From assembly GCA_963727625.1 (NCBI GenBank), contig CAVSHR010000014.1, positions 32,889 to 96,888 on the forward strand: a DNA stretch of 64,000 nt, given 5' to 3'. The position numbers and the translations under genes were made by a program. Below are positions 40,521 to 51,174 of this stretch, piece by piece. Numbering within the stretch: the first letter of the stretch is position 1; each line of letters starts with the position of its first letter. This DNA comes from an uncultured delta proteobacterium (lineage in GTDB: Bacteria > Desulfobacterota > Binatia > UBA9968). Below the pieces are notes generated by a model. That model saw only the letters and a program-made list of their open reading frames with translations, ran no database searches and had not been told where the DNA came from.

Positions 40521-41201
40521 ATGATTCAAGAGACTCCCGAAGCGGAACGCTTCAAGCTGCAAATGCGCGATTCCTTGCGGCGCGAGACGTTAAACTCTCG
40601 CGCCGTAACGATTCCGCGGCACGGGAATGTATACACCTGCGGCGACCAGGACGAGATGGTTTACTTCATCGAAAGCGGCCAGATCAAGCTGCTGCTGCTT
40701 TCTCCCGAAGGTAAGGAATGTTTGCTCGCCATTCATGGTGGCGGCGATGTTTTCGGCGAGTTGTGCTTGGCCGGGTTGGGCGCGCGGCACGAAACCGCGA
40801 CGGCGATGAAAGCAACCAAGTTAAAGCAAATACCTTGCGCACAGTTCTTTGCGCGCTTAAGCCATGACCGGTTGTCCGAGGGATTCGTGCGCTATCTGGC
40901 GGTGCGCATTGCGGACCAACAGCAGGTGATCGCGAATCTTGTCACGGTGGACAGCGAACAGCGGCTGGGCCAAACCTTGTTGCAGTTGGCCCGCACCATG
41001 GGCAAAAAGGACCCGCGCAGTATCCGCATCGAACTGAAGATCTCCCATGAGGAATTGTCGGAGATGGTCGGCACGACGCGGCCTCGGATCAGCGTCTTCA
41101 TGCAGCGATTTCGCAACCTCGGATTGATCGAAACCAACAGCGATCGTTTTCTCATCATCAAGGAAAGCAAGCTCACCGATTACCTTGCGCAGATCGCCTA
41201 G
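40521..41201 (+). CDS. Crp/Fnr family transcriptional regulator (copy 2)
   Basis: Closely similar to 18982; HTH HEELSEMVGTTRPRISVFM. Confidence 0.95.
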   Translation: MIQETPEAERFKLQMRDSLRRETLNSRAVTIPRHGNVYTCGDQDEMVYFIESGQIKLLLLSPEGKECLLAIHGGGDVFGELCLAGLGARHETATAMKATKLKQIPCAQFFARLSHDRLSEGFVRYLAVRIADQQQVIANLVTVDSEQRLGQTLLQLARTMGKKDPRSIRIELKISHEELSEMVGTTRPRISVFMQRFRNLGLIETNSDRFLIIKESKLTDYLAQIA

Positions 41202-41396
41202 AGCAGCTGCACAGAGCCAGCCGTCACCGCGGGTCCCCGGCTAAGTAGGGTTTCCCGATTGCAGACTGCCAAATCTTTCTAATTGTTTCTTCGCGTCTCC
41301 CTCAATAGTGACGTGACGTACGGCCCCATAGCCAGTGACAGTCAGCCGGAATCGAATTCCGGAAGATATGGCCCGCCCGCTCGCCTGAATCCAGTC

Positions 41397-41520
41397 TGTT
41401 GTTTTGGTCGAAAGTCTCGACGATTCCGCCGGACTTTCTCACGATGTTTATCGCGGCGCGCCAGTAATCTAACAAGAAAAGCAGCGTTCTCGCGTGACAA
41501 GGTGTGGCACAGATAGTGCT
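41397..41520 (+). promoter_or_regulatory. Enhancer-like element (left arm degenerate) plus sigma54 promoter TGGCACAGATAGTGC (41505)
   Basis: TTTTGGTCGA-N5-TCGAC; same 108 bp register. Confidence 0.75.
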
Positions 41521-41612
41521 CTACTTAACTAGTGAAAGAAAAATGGGGAGTCATAAATAAGGTGCAGAAAGCATTTGGATTGAAGGCAGAGGGTGCCTTT
41601 TGGGAAGGTTCT

Positions 41613-41795
41613 ATGAATAGCTTAAAAATAGCCGTGTACGGGATTTTCATGGTCGGATTTTTGTTGGCTTCGAGCGGGTGTCACGAGTGGAGCCACTGGG
41701 ATCGCCATGGGTATGACAGCGACCAGACTCGCTATGACCGAAATGATCGGGGTGGATTTAGAGAGAGCACTAGGGACGGCAATTTTTCACGGTAA
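41613..41795 (+). CDS. Small D/R-rich lipoprotein (distant paralog of 18187)
   Basis: ASSGC lipobox; D/R/Y-rich tail. Confidence 0.65.
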   Translation: MNSLKIAVYGIFMVGFLLASSGCHEWSHWDRHGYDSDQTRYDRNDRGGFRESTRDGNFSR

Positions 41796-41943
41796 GCGCC
41801 GGGCGGATCGAGCTCAGGCCGACACGACTTGCGGCAAGGTTGCCACAGAGTTAAACCAATGTAGCTTAGGAAAAATCAGGTCGAGTAGTTCGGAAAAGCA
41901 CGCAGGCATATGACCGCAGCTGCGCGACAGAACTTTCTAGACA

Positions 41944-43101
41944 TTGGCCGTGGACCAATTACAGACCCACAGCGGCGGCACGCCAAGAGTATCACTCGAA
42001 ACCGTAGGTGATACCACGCTCGTCGTGCAACTTTCCGGCGGCTGGCGACTGCAAAAAAACGCTGTTTCTGCCAGCGTGGTGCAGGAAGCAATCGAGGCTT
42101 CTCCTATTCGCCGCGTTCGCTTCGATGCCGAAGCGCTCTCATCTTGGGACAGCAGCATCCTGATTTTTTTAGCCAAAGTGACTGAGCTCTGCCGGCAGAA
42201 GAACATCGACACCGACCGCGAGGGGTTGCCGAACGGGATTCGGCAACTGCTTGAGCTCGCTGAAGAAGTGCCGGAGCAAGAAGGAGCCAGACAGGCGACC
42301 GATCGGCTGTCCTTTTTGGCGCGGGTCGGCAGCACCGCCTCCGATTCTTATCTCTCTTTATCGGAGATGCTGCACTTTCTCGGCGAAGTGGCGTTGGCGT
42401 TCGCGCAGATGGTCAAAATGCGCGCGCGCTACCGGTCAGCCGATCTGTTTCTGATTATCCAAGAAAGCGGCCCGCAAGCGCTGCCCATCGTCACGCTCAT
42501 CAGCTTTTTAGTGGGTGTGATCATGGCGTTTGTCGGCGCCGTTCAGCTGCAGCAATTCGGCGCCCAGATCTATGTGGCGGACCTGGTGGGGATCGCCGTC
42601 GTTCGCGACATGGGCGCGATGATGACCGGGATCATCATGGCGGGCCGGACCGGCGCCGCCTTCGCCGCAAAGCTCGGCACGATGAAGGTGACTCAGGAAA
42701 TCGACGCGTTGATCACGCTCGGATTCTCGCCGCTGGAATTTTTGGTGTTGCCGCGCATGATCGCGCTTTGCCTGATGATGCCATTATTGTGTCTGTACTC
42801 CGACCTCATGGGTGTTCTGGGCGGCGCAGCGGTGGGGTTGTGGATGCTCGACCTCTCCTGGACCACTTACTACCACCAGACCATCAATGCGATCACCTTG
42901 ACGGCACTGTTCGGCGGAATCTTTAAAAGCGTAACTTATGGCGTGCTGATCGCTCTTTCAGGATGCCTGCGCGGCATGCAGTGCGGCGGCAGCGCTTCGG
43001 CTGTTGGAGAGGCGGCGACCTCCGCCGTGGTCACGAGCATCGTTTTTATCGTCGCCGCATGCGGTGCCTTGTCCGTGATATTTTATATCATTGGGGTTTG
43101 A
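41944..43101 (+). CDS. MlaE-family ABC permease with N-terminal STAS domain
   Basis: AGRTGAAFAA.LGTMKVTQEIDAL, LPRMIAL, VGEAATSAVV. Confidence 0.93.
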   Translation: MAVDQLQTHSGGTPRVSLETVGDTTLVVQLSGGWRLQKNAVSASVVQEAIEASPIRRVRFDAEALSSWDSSILIFLAKVTELCRQKNIDTDREGLPNGIRQLLELAEEVPEQEGARQATDRLSFLARVGSTASDSYLSLSEMLHFLGEVALAFAQMVKMRARYRSADLFLIIQESGPQALPIVTLISFLVGVIMAFVGAVQLQQFGAQIYVADLVGIAVVRDMGAMMTGIIMAGRTGAAFAAKLGTMKVTQEIDALITLGFSPLEFLVLPRMIALCLMMPLLCLYSDLMGVLGGAAVGLWMLDLSWTTYYHQTINAITLTALFGGIFKSVTYGVLIALSGCLRGMQCGGSASAVGEAATSAVVTSIVFIVAACGALSVIFYIIGV

Positions 43102-43102
43102 C

Positions 43103-43891
43103 ATGAACAGTGAAAGTACAAACGGAATCGAACCGGAAGCGCAAATTACCGTGCGCAATCTGACCCTGGCCTACGGCTCCTTCGTCTTGATGCGCGATCT
43201 CAACTTTACGGTCAAGCGGGGCGATGTGTTTATCATCATGGGCGGCAGTGGCTGCGGCAAGAGCACGTTGCTGCGCAACATGATCGGTTTGATCGAACCG
43301 ACCGCGGGAGAGGTCTTTTACGAAAAGGCGAACTTTACCCACTCGGATGCGGAGGAGCGGCGCGGTTTTTTTCGCCGCTTCGGTGTCCTGTATCAGAGCG
43401 GTGGTCTGTGGAGCTCCATGACTCTCGCCGAAAACGTCGCGCTGCCGCTGGAAGAATACACCGATCTGAGCCCGGTCGAGATCCGCGAGATCGCTTCTTT
43501 GAAGCTCGCTTTGGTCGGCCTTAACGGCTTTGAAGACTATTACCCGTCGCAGATCAGCGGCGGCATGCAGAAGCGTTTGGGTTTGGCGCGCGCCATCGCG
43601 CTCGACCCCGAGGTGCTTTTCTTCGATGAACCCTCGGCAGGGCTCGATCCCATCAGTTCGCGCCGGCTCGACGACCTGATCTTGGCATTGCGCGATAGCT
43701 TGGGCGCGACGGTGGTTGCGGTAACGCACGAGTTGCCGAGTATTTTTGCCATCGGTAATAACAGTATTTTTCTTGATGCCGAAAGCAAAACCGCGATTGC
43801 GAGCGGTGACCCGAAAGAGCTGCTCGCACATTGTCAGAACCCCAAGGTGCAGGAATTTCTCACCCGCGGTGAAAGGCGGCCTAGTGAGTAA
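43103..43891 (+). CDS. MlaF-family ABC ATP-binding protein
   Basis: GGSGCGKST, ISGGMQKR, FDEPSAGLDP, VTH. Confidence 0.95.
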   Translation: MNSESTNGIEPEAQITVRNLTLAYGSFVLMRDLNFTVKRGDVFIIMGGSGCGKSTLLRNMIGLIEPTAGEVFYEKANFTHSDAEERRGFFRRFGVLYQSGGLWSSMTLAENVALPLEEYTDLSPVEIREIASLKLALVGLNGFEDYYPSQISGGMQKRLGLARAIALDPEVLFFDEPSAGLDPISSRRLDDLILALRDSLGATVVAVTHELPSIFAIGNNSIFLDAESKTAIASGDPKELLAHCQNPKVQEFLTRGERRPSE

Positions 43892-44888
43892 AAAGGCTAA
43901 TCCGACGCTCATCGGAGTCTTCGTGGTCGGCGCCATCGTTTTAGTGATTGGCGCGGTTACTATCATTGGCTCGGGGCGGCTGTTCCGAAAAACCTACGAG
44001 TTTGTGCTCTACTTCGAAGGTTCGGTAAGCGGCCTGAGAGAAGGCGCTCCGGTAAAGTACAAGGGCGTCGAAATCGGCTCCATTACCAAGATCCTACTGC
44101 AACTCGATGAGGGTGCAGATGTCAACCGAATTCCGGTAATTATCAAACTCGATGCCAATAAGATCAGCGGCAGAGGAGTCGGCGGCAGTCTGGCAGACCC
44201 GGCCGGGCTCAAAGCAGCAATTGATCGGGGTCTGCGCGGCCAATTGCAGACGGAAAGTATCGTTACCGGCGTGCTGTTCGTCGCGCTGGATCTCGTTCCC
44301 AATAGCCCGGTAAAGTTGTTTCAACCGCCGGGCTCGCGGTACCAGGAAATTCCTACCATCCCGACGACGCTGCAAAAAGCCCAGGATATCCTCGGACAGC
44401 TTCTCACCAAGCTCGATGACATTGATTTCAAAGCGCTGCTCAACTCCCTTGCTGAAGCCGTCAAGAATATAGAGGGATTGGCGAACAATAAGGACCTGCA
44501 GGGAGCCTTTGCCGGGGTCAATCGTTTAGTCAATAAGCCGGAGTTGCACGAGGCGATTCGCTCTCTCGATCAAACGGTGCTGAAAATTGCTCAAGCGGCG
44601 GACGGTGTTCAAAAAGTCTCCGGCAGTCTGGATCGCAATGTGGCGACGCTCTCGGCGGATTTACAAGTGACGCTGACCGGCGTGCGTGATGCGGTCAAGC
44701 AGATCCAAGTCACTGTGGCGAACCTGGACGGCTTCGTCGACCCTAACTCGCCAACCTCTTATGAATTGACAAAGGTTTTGAAAGAGCTTTCCGGGGCGGC
44801 ACGTTCGCTCAGATTGATGGCCGATTCTCTGGACCGGAATCCCAGGGCACTCTTGTTCGGTAGGCCGGAAAGCGAGAGCAAACCATGA
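43884..44888 (+). CDS. MlaD/MCE-family substrate-binding protein
   Basis: GTG start VSKKANPTLIG.FV; SVSGL..GAPVKYKGV.IG; L.RNP.ALLFG. Confidence 0.92.
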   Translation: MSKKANPTLIGVFVVGAIVLVIGAVTIIGSGRLFRKTYEFVLYFEGSVSGLREGAPVKYKGVEIGSITKILLQLDEGADVNRIPVIIKLDANKISGRGVGGSLADPAGLKAAIDRGLRGQLQTESIVTGVLFVALDLVPNSPVKLFQPPGSRYQEIPTIPTTLQKAQDILGQLLTKLDDIDFKALLNSLAEAVKNIEGLANNKDLQGAFAGVNRLVNKPELHEAIRSLDQTVLKIAQAADGVQKVSGSLDRNVATLSADLQVTLTGVRDAVKQIQVTVANLDGFVDPNSPTSYELTKVLKELSGAARSLRLMADSLDRNPRALLFGRPESESKP

Positions 44889-45517
44889 GCGATTGGATGA
44901 AAAATATTCTGGCGATCATCGCCATGTCGGTTTTGTTCGGCGGTTGTGCCGCCTTTGCAGCCAGAGCCGATCCGTCAAGTTTCTATATCCTTGGCACTCT
45001 CCCCGAGGTAGACTTGGCGGCAGACAAGACCACAGCCGGGATCAAAGCCGATTTTTCCGTCGGCCTTGGCCCCATTGAATTACCCGCTTACCTCGACCGC
45101 CAACAGATTGTCACACGCACCTCGACGAATCGATTGAGCTATTCCGAGAATGACCGCTGGGCAGCGCCGTTGGCCGAAAGTTTCAGTCGCGTTTTGGAAC
45201 AAAATATTTCCCATCTGCTCAATCCTGTGCGAATGAGCCGGTTTCCCTGGCAGAGTAACAGCGCACCGGATTACCAGGTGAAAATCGAAGTGCTCCAATT
45301 CGAGGGCAATAGCAATCAGGAGGCTCGGCTAACGGCGCATTGGACCGTGAGCGACCGCCACCAAAAAATTTTAGTCAGCCAAAGCTCACAGCTGAAGCGC
45401 CGCGCCGGATCCCTATCCACCGAAGATTCTGTCAAGGCATTGAGTGAAACGGTCGGCGATCTGAGTCGTGAGATCGCAAACGCATTGCGGTCTTTCGAGG
45501 AGCAGAGAAAACTTTAA
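44885..45517 (+). CDS. PqiC-family ABC auxiliary lipoprotein
   Basis: FGGC lipobox; LPAYLDRQQIV, RWAAPL. Confidence 0.9.
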   Translation: MSDWMKNILAIIAMSVLFGGCAAFAARADPSSFYILGTLPEVDLAADKTTAGIKADFSVGLGPIELPAYLDRQQIVTRTSTNRLSYSENDRWAAPLAESFSRVLEQNISHLLNPVRMSRFPWQSNSAPDYQVKIEVLQFEGNSNQEARLTAHWTVSDRHQKILVSQSSQLKRRAGSLSTEDSVKALSETVGDLSREIANALRSFEEQRKL

Positions 45518-45564
45518 CCTTGGGGAATTTACCAGCCGCACACAGAGCGAATTTGTTTTTGATG

Positions 45565-45606
45565 GTCTCTTATTGAACAGCAATTCCCATCGATGCGCTA
45601 TATATT
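45565..45606 (+). promoter_or_regulatory. Crp-type box plus -10 TATATT
   Basis: GTCTCTTATTGAAC-N22-TATATT. Confidence 0.72.
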
Positions 45607-45669
45607 TAAGGGGTGGGAAAGAGTCTTTCGGAAAAAATTCGATCGCCGTAGCGGTCAAGGAGAGTAACG

Positions 45670-45840
45670 ATGTCTTTTGGAATATACCTTGCAGGATACA
45701 TCATACTAATCGCCGGACTTTCGTTTGGCGCCAATTTGCTCCACGTGCCGATGCAGTGGATCGGCGTTGGGGTTGTCTGTTTGGTCGGCATCGGAATCGT
45801 CCATGGTGTGACGGCGACTCGACAAAAGGATCCACATTGA
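45670..45840 (+). CDS. 56-aa two-TM membrane protein (not in ORF track)
   Basis: AAGGAG RBS; MSFGIYLAGYIILIAGL...HVPMQWIGVG...TRQKDPH. Confidence 0.82.
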   Translation: MSFGIYLAGYIILIAGLSFGANLLHVPMQWIGVGVVCLVGIGIVHGVTATRQKDPH

Positions 45841-45968
45841 TAGGGCTCGCATTCCGAGTCGGGCTTGGACACGAATAGCGGAATGTCGGCCTCGCGGTTT
45901 CGACGAAGACGCCCCGGACATCGGACCGCTGATAACCGGTGGGGCAAAAGAGAGAGGGTCATAAATCT

Positions 45969-46319
45969 ATGTTCGCATTACTTTTTATGGTGATTTTTGG
46001 GGTCGCGATAGCTTACTTTGGCATGCAAAACGTCAGCCCAGTGACAATTCGTCTCAATGAATATGTCTGGAATGATGTGCCCCTGTATCTGGTTATAGGA
46101 GGGTCGTTGTTTGTCGGACTCTTCATGGCATGGATTCTCTATTTTGCCAGGTCGGTTTCGTCAACGCTGACCATCTATGGAAAAGATCGCGCAATGAAAA
46201 AATCCGAACACACAGTAGCCGAGCTGCAACAGCGGGTCAACGAACTAGAGGCCGAAACGGCGCGACTTAAAACCACAGACCTGTCTCCGTCTGCAATTCC
46301 GCGCCATACGCTGTCGTAA
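45969..46319 (+). CDS. LapA (DUF1049) domain membrane protein
   Basis: F..QN...VTI......VPLYLV..GSLFVG plus C-terminal coiled coil. Confidence 0.8.
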   Translation: MFALLFMVIFGVAIAYFGMQNVSPVTIRLNEYVWNDVPLYLVIGGSLFVGLFMAWILYFARSVSSTLTIYGKDRAMKKSEHTVAELQQRVNELEAETARLKTTDLSPSAIPRHTLS

Positions 46320-46330
46320 TAGCAAAGCGT

Positions 46331-46350
46331 CGTGCGCGGCACAGCGCACG
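46331..46350. terminator. Hairpin between convergent lapA-like and rlpA genes
   Basis: CGTGCGC-GGCACA-GCGCACG. Confidence 0.4.
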
Positions 46351-46395
46351 TTAAATGGCACGGTCAGGAAGTGCATGCGTCATCTTAGATTGTCC

Positions 46396-46947
46396 TTATG
46401 GCAGTTCGAGGCGAACCTTGGCGGTGCCCGACTCGATCATCCCCAAAGCTTTGGCCGCAGCCTGCGAAAGATCGATGATCCGATTTCCTGAAGCGGGTCC
46501 GCGATCGGTAATCTCGACTTCCACTGATTTTCCGTTGGCGAGATTAGTCACCTTGATCTTGCTTCCGAAGGGGAGGGTTGGATGTGCGGCGGTCAATCCC
46601 GATTGGTCAAAACTGGCTCCGCTCGCTGTCTGCTTTCCTTGGTGGTCGGATCCATACCATGATGCTTCACCGGTCTGTGGCAGCTTGACAGCTTCTGCGG
46701 CGTCTATCTCAGCCATCGGCTGAGCGGGTACATGCTGGCTGGACGCAGGTTGGCCAGCGGTTGACGTCTTCGGAATCGCAGTTGGCGCCAAAGTTTCCGA
46801 TGGCGCAGCAATATCTTCTGGACCTTGCAGCAAAGCGCAGCCTTGAAATAGCAGAAGGCTGAAACACATCACGACTAGGCACGACTGCTTGAGAAACACA
46901 CCGCGGACTACGAATCTTTGTAACGGGGAAAATATATTATTCGTCAT
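46396..46947 (-). CDS. rlpA: RlpA family septal lytic transglycosylase lipoprotein (start uncertain)
   Basis: FQGC lipobox; GEASWYG, TASG, TAAHPTLPFG, DRGP, IIDLS. Confidence 0.92.
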   Translation of the reverse strand: MTNNIFSPLQRFVVRGVFLKQSCLVVMCFSLLLFQGCALLQGPEDIAAPSETLAPTAIPKTSTAGQPASSQHVPAQPMAEIDAAEAVKLPQTGEASWYGSDHQGKQTASGASFDQSGLTAAHPTLPFGSKIKVTNLANGKSVEVEITDRGPASGNRIIDLSQAAAKALGMIESGTAKVRLELP

Positions 46948-47419
46948 CTGTATAGATCCTCTCCCGCTAGCGCGGTTCAGTCTTACACTTGATTCGAAAA
47001 TTACCAACCTGAAATATGGCTCTTTCACCGCACTTGACAAGGGGAAGGGACTCAAGACTCAACGTCAGCCCCTTGCCGAGCAAAAGAGTTCAGTTCACCG
47101 GCCCGGTGAGCAAAAATCTTCTTTCTCTCGATTTCGCTGTCTGTTCTTCTGCCTCTCCTGCCGTTTTGCCCAAGTTTTAACTTTCATCAGCAATCGTCAC
47201 GGCGGTCTCGTCCTTGTCCGTTCGCTCAACCCTGCGAAGCGGTTTGCGTGAGTTCGCTTAGCGCCCTTTCAAAGAACTTACCCGGCAACGCGGTCGCCCT
47301 GTCCCTCGGCTGACCGACTCGTCGGGCGAGGCAATGAGACTCCCCGAACTTTCATCGTGCGGTTCGCGGACAGTGCGCTCGTCGCGCACTTGCGAATGCT
47401 TTCCCGTCATCTATCTGCC

Positions 47420-47591
47420 GAGCAGGAGATATGTAAGAGGAGTTGCGCGAGAGCGTTGGCTCAACGAGGGCTAGGATGAACATTATGATGTAAAGATTCA
47501 GAAACCCCGGATTGATCGAGAGAAACCGAGATTTATTTCTTGTCATAACAGGAGAGCAGAGCACTGCTTGCCTAGTACAAATTGCGCCTAG
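47420..47591 (+). pseudogene. Decayed C-terminal HTH fragment of a third Crp/Fnr gene
   Basis: EELRESVGSTRARMNIMM*RFRNPGLIERNRDLFLVI...LVQIA aligns to the Crp copy 2 C-terminus. Confidence 0.7.
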
Positions 47592-47635
47592 CGGCTGCGC
47601 TGGCTTATGGACTGCGCGATATTTGTTTTAAAATC

Positions 47636-47677
47636 GTTCAATATTGGACAGCATTCCCGCCTGAAATAGAGCACTAT
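47636..47677 (+). promoter_or_regulatory. Crp-type box plus -10 CACTAT
   Basis: GTTCAATATTGGAC-N22-CACTAT. Confidence 0.78.
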
Positions 47678-47771
47678 TCGATCCAAACTCATCGAAATCG
47701 GAAATACGAATGGAACGATCGATACTCAAGCGCAGAGTTTGCTTGAGCTGTGGGAAAGGAGGTGAATTAGA

Positions 47772-48071
47772 ATGGAAAACAAACTCGTTATTTGGTCGAG
47801 TGTAGCCCTTTTTGTTGGAACTCTCGCTCTTGCGGCCTGCCAGCAGAATCCGGCTCCGCCAGCGGCACCACCGCCGCCACCGGCTGAAGCCGGGCCAGCG
47901 GGACCAGCAGGGCCAGCAGGACAAGAAGGAGTGGCCGGAGCGACTGGTGCGACCGGAGCGGAAGGAGAAAAAGCCAAGCCAGGGCAAGACGGAGCGACCG
48001 GAGCGACCGGAGCAACCGGAGCAACCGGAGCGGAGGGCGCGACTGGAGCTGAGGGACAAAGAGGCAGGTAA
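47772..48071 (+). CDS. Collagen-like (Gly-X-Y) lipoprotein, copy 1
   Basis: AAGGAGG RBS, LAAC lipobox, poly-Pro linker, GPA/GAT/GAE triplets. Confidence 0.88.
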   Translation: MENKLVIWSSVALFVGTLALAACQQNPAPPAAPPPPPAEAGPAGPAGPAGQEGVAGATGATGAEGEKAKPGQDGATGATGATGATGAEGATGAEGQRGR

Positions 48072-48105
48072 GATTTTAATTGCGATATCTGGGTTAGGCG
48101 TCCAG

Positions 48106-48139
48106 AAAGGGGAAGGGAATGCAACCTTCCCCTTTTTTT
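48106..48139 (+). terminator. Rho-independent terminator
   Basis: AAAGGGGAAGG-gaatgcaa-CCTTCCCC-T7. Confidence 0.85.
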
Positions 48140-49689
48140 GTGACATGTCGGACCGATCCAAAACCGCAAATTCAGGAACTCACTAGTCCTGAAATAAGCG
48201 CCAAGCGTCTAAAAGTATGCATGGTCGGTTCATAGGGAGATCCTTGACGGTTCGTAAGCCCATCATGAGCATGCGTTTATATCACAAATCGGAGCCAGTC
48301 GGATGTTGTTGGACGATGAACCGAGGTCGAGAGTGATTTTGAGCGCAGCGCGGCGTGCGTCGGCCCGCGGGAGCAGCCGGATGAGGTCGCGTCGCAACCG
48401 TCTGTTAGGTCTGCAATCGAGCATGAGCGGCGAGGATGTCGGGCAAATACCGATGCGATCCGGCCAGCCGCACCACCAAGCTTCTGCCGAGCTTGAGAAC
48501 CTTGGCCGCAATGTAGACAAAGTGGCGGCGAAAGCGCTTCCACTCCCAGCGCACTACCTCCTCGGGCAAGACCAGTTGGGCGATCCACTTGCCCAGATTC
48601 CACGCCAGCCGAGCTATTTCCAGCCACGCCGAGTTGCCCATAAACTCCGCCACCGGCATGCGCCACCCCGCAATGCCGTGACCGAATTGCTCGATGAGGT
48701 TTTCCTGGTCGCAGCGCTGATAGGTCAGATCGACGACCCGCTGAGCCGTGTAAGAACGCGGCAGATCGCTCAGCACCAACCGGTAGCGGAAATGGCGAAA
48801 GAGCACTCCCTGACCATCGCACTCTTCAATCAAAATCCGCCGCACGATCAGGCGACACGGAAAGGGCACCCCGGCGGGCTGATAGTCGATCTCGCTGATC
48901 CACTGCTGAAGCGTGCTCAACGTGCGGTACCCTCGCTGTTGGGCTTTGGTTTTGCGGTAGTTGGGGGTGCGCCCCTCACGACTAGACCCGGCTGGCTTGT
49001 TGCGCTCGGCGCGCGGACAAAATCGCTGCCAACGCTTCTCCGCAATCGCCTCGGCCAGCGCGGCGCGATTGGGATGCAGCTTGGCCCCAATGGCAAAGTA
49101 CGCCCCCTGCTCGATCACCGCCTGGTACACGTCGGCCCGATCAAAGTCGGTATCGCCCCGCACAATGGCGCTTTTGAAATGGCGCTTCACCCGTGGCAAA
49201 ACTTCCTTGAGAGCCTCGGCGGCGCCGTCCGCAGCATGCCCGCTGCCTGGCTGATTGACCACCTTGAGGCACTCCCCACTGCCACCCAGCGTCACCACCA
49301 ACGGCTGATACGACCAACGCCCGTCGTAGCTAAAATCCGCCCCTCTTTCTGCACCCCGTACAGGGGCTTGATGTGACCATCGAGATCCACCAGCGCCATC
49401 TCGTGCTTCTTCCTGTGACGACGTACCGGGGCGGGCAACTTCGACCACACCGCCTCTTGCACCTCGTCGCCCACCCCACTCAACTGCTCCAAATCTTGTG
49501 CGCTCTTAAACCGACGCAGAAAATCTCCCGCCGTCGTCGGGTCCGGAATCCGACACGCTCCCACCAGTCTTCGAATCGCCTCGCTCCCTTGCAGCACCGC
49601 CTGGTCCTCCAGACATGTCCCATCGGCATAAAGCGTGTACATCAGCGCCAGCACATGGTCCGACTCAAAGTAGGGGGCATGACGCCTAA

Positions 49690-51174
49690 CAGCCCGTGGT
49701 AGAAGTCCGATTTTTACAAAACGCATGGGATCGCGGCGAAGCGGTGACTTGGGAGCGCAAATAGTCTCAGGTCGAGTCCTCGGCGCCGATGAGCGGTTAG
49801 TTGGTCGCGCAGTAGCACCCACAGAGTAAAACAGATAGCCAGTACGGCGGCAAAACGGCCCTGTAGACCGCGTGGCGTTCCAATTCCCGTCAACGTGCGC
49901 ATCCACAGGCCCAGATTGCAGGCCGCTACGTGCACGAGTAGCCGTTTGAGAATATTGCCGTGCCCGCGCAGATGAGTCCGGCGCATGCCGCCGGTCTCGT
50001 AGAGATGCGCATTGGGTCGCTCTAACAACTCACCTCGTTGCCGCATCAATAGCTGCCCACGCTCGCCTCGAATGCGCCGCCGATTGGCATACACCGCGTC
50101 ACGCTCAGCCTGCTGACCCTTCCAGTGCTGCCGGCCGCGATCCGGTTCACTGATGTAGGTGCGCAGTCCTAGGTTCTGCATATCGAGCACGGTTTGCTTA
50201 CTGTGATAGCCCTTGTCGGTGACCACTTCCTTGCCTATCTTCACCTTGTCGTCGATGATCGCAGCCACCGCTTCTAATTGCTCGATTGCCTCAGGCAGCG
50301 TCGTCTGGATCGTGGTCGTGTCGCCTTGATCGGCTTCCTGCAGCGTGACCGCCACGATGGCACCGGTCTCCAGGTCCACGGCATGCTCGGCTTTGTGCGC
50401 TAAATGGGTCCGTCCGTCCTTCATCTTGGCGATCCGTGCGTCGGGGTCATGCGGATGTTCCCAGTCCTGGTTAGATCCTTTCTTCTTACGTTTGCGATCC
50501 AACTTCGCCAGATCGGCTCGCGTTGGGGTCTCAATGCCGGATTCCTCAGCCAGCTTGGTCAAAAACTCGTTATAGCTCTCCCCGGTGTCGCGGCGCACGA
50601 TGCTGCGCAAGGCCGCGTTCGCTTCGAGCGTGGTAGCATCGATCGCCAGCGTTTTCCCTTTGATGAGTCCGGCGATGCCCAGACACTGAAGTACCCATGT
50701 GAACACCGTCCGATGGGTTTCCAAATCGATCAATCGCCGAGTCCGCGATATCGTCGAATGATCCGGTGCACACTCGGTCAGCCCCAGCTCAAGGAACGAT
50801 CGCACTCCCGAGGAGTCCGCCGCGCGCCACGCCATGGCGCGTTCAGAGTCCAGGCATTCGAAGTAGCCAAGTAATAGAAAACGGAAATATCGTCCAGGCG
50901 CCAGACTGGGCCGCCCCATCTTCTCGGCATAGAACGCCCGGCACTGCGCTTCGACAAACTCGTCGAACCCATGCTTGGCCAATAACCCGTTGAGCTTCTC
51001 GTAGAACGGGTGGCTCACAGACTTCGGCAGCTCGCTCACTCCCACCCACATCGCTCTCTGCTCTTCGTGTTTTCGTTGTCCCATCGCCATGCAAAAAATT
51101 CTACACGATCTATCGTTCCTGTCGACTACTCTCCATCACTCTCCCACTTCATTCTCGACTTTCACCACGGGCTG
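49690..51174 (-). mobile_element. IS1182/IS5-like insertion sequence (1485 bp)
   Basis: 18-bp IRs CAGCCCGTGGTAGAAGTC and GACTTTCACCACGGGCTG; 4-bp target duplication CTAA (49686-49689 and 51175-51178). Confidence 0.92.
49714..51090 (-). CDS. DDE transposase with DUF772-like N-terminal domain
   Basis: GRPSL.P, SER, PDHSTISRTR, IDATT, DKGYHS, ERPNAH. Confidence 0.92.
   Translation of the reverse strand: MAMGQRKHEEQRAMWVGVSELPKSVSHPFYEKLNGLLAKHGFDEFVEAQCRAFYAEKMGRPSLAPGRYFRFLLLGYFECLDSERAMAWRAADSSGVRSFLELGLTECAPDHSTISRTRRLIDLETHRTVFTWVLQCLGIAGLIKGKTLAIDATTLEANAALRSIVRRDTGESYNEFLTKLAEESGIETPTRADLAKLDRKRKKKGSNQDWEHPHDPDARIAKMKDGRTHLAHKAEHAVDLETGAIVAVTLQEADQGDTTTIQTTLPEAIEQLEAVAAIIDDKVKIGKEVVTDKGYHSKQTVLDMQNLGLRTYISEPDRGRQHWKGQQAERDAVYANRRRIRGERGQLLMRQRGELLERPNAHLYETGGMRRTHLRGHGNILKRLLVHVAACNLGLWMRTLTGIGTPRGLQGRFAAVLAICFTLWVLLRDQLTAHRRRGLDLRLFALPSHRFAAIPCVL

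Larger units (their letters stand above)
47562..48187 (+). repeat. ~630-bp direct repeat, copy 1 (promoter, collagen-like gene, terminator)
   Basis: Near-identical to 63357-64000. Confidence 0.95.

Noticed and set aside
46356-46374. TGGCACGG as a sigma54 promoter
   Set aside because: No GC at the -12 position, no enhancer element upstream, and it lies between convergent genes.
47628-48186. Alternative-frame and antisense ORFs over the collagen-like gene (PVA, RSG and PER repeats), also at 63423-63999
   Set aside because: They are shadows of the 9-nt repeat. Only the Gly-X-Y frame has an RBS, lipobox and terminator.
49335-49350. Programmed frameshift in the IS1380 transposase
   Set aside because: No canonical slippery heptamer, and IS1380 transposases are single ORFs. 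Mutation or homopolymer error is more likely.
48303-49376. 357-aa plus-strand ORF
   Set aside because: Antisense shadow of the IS1380 transposase with no recognisable motifs.
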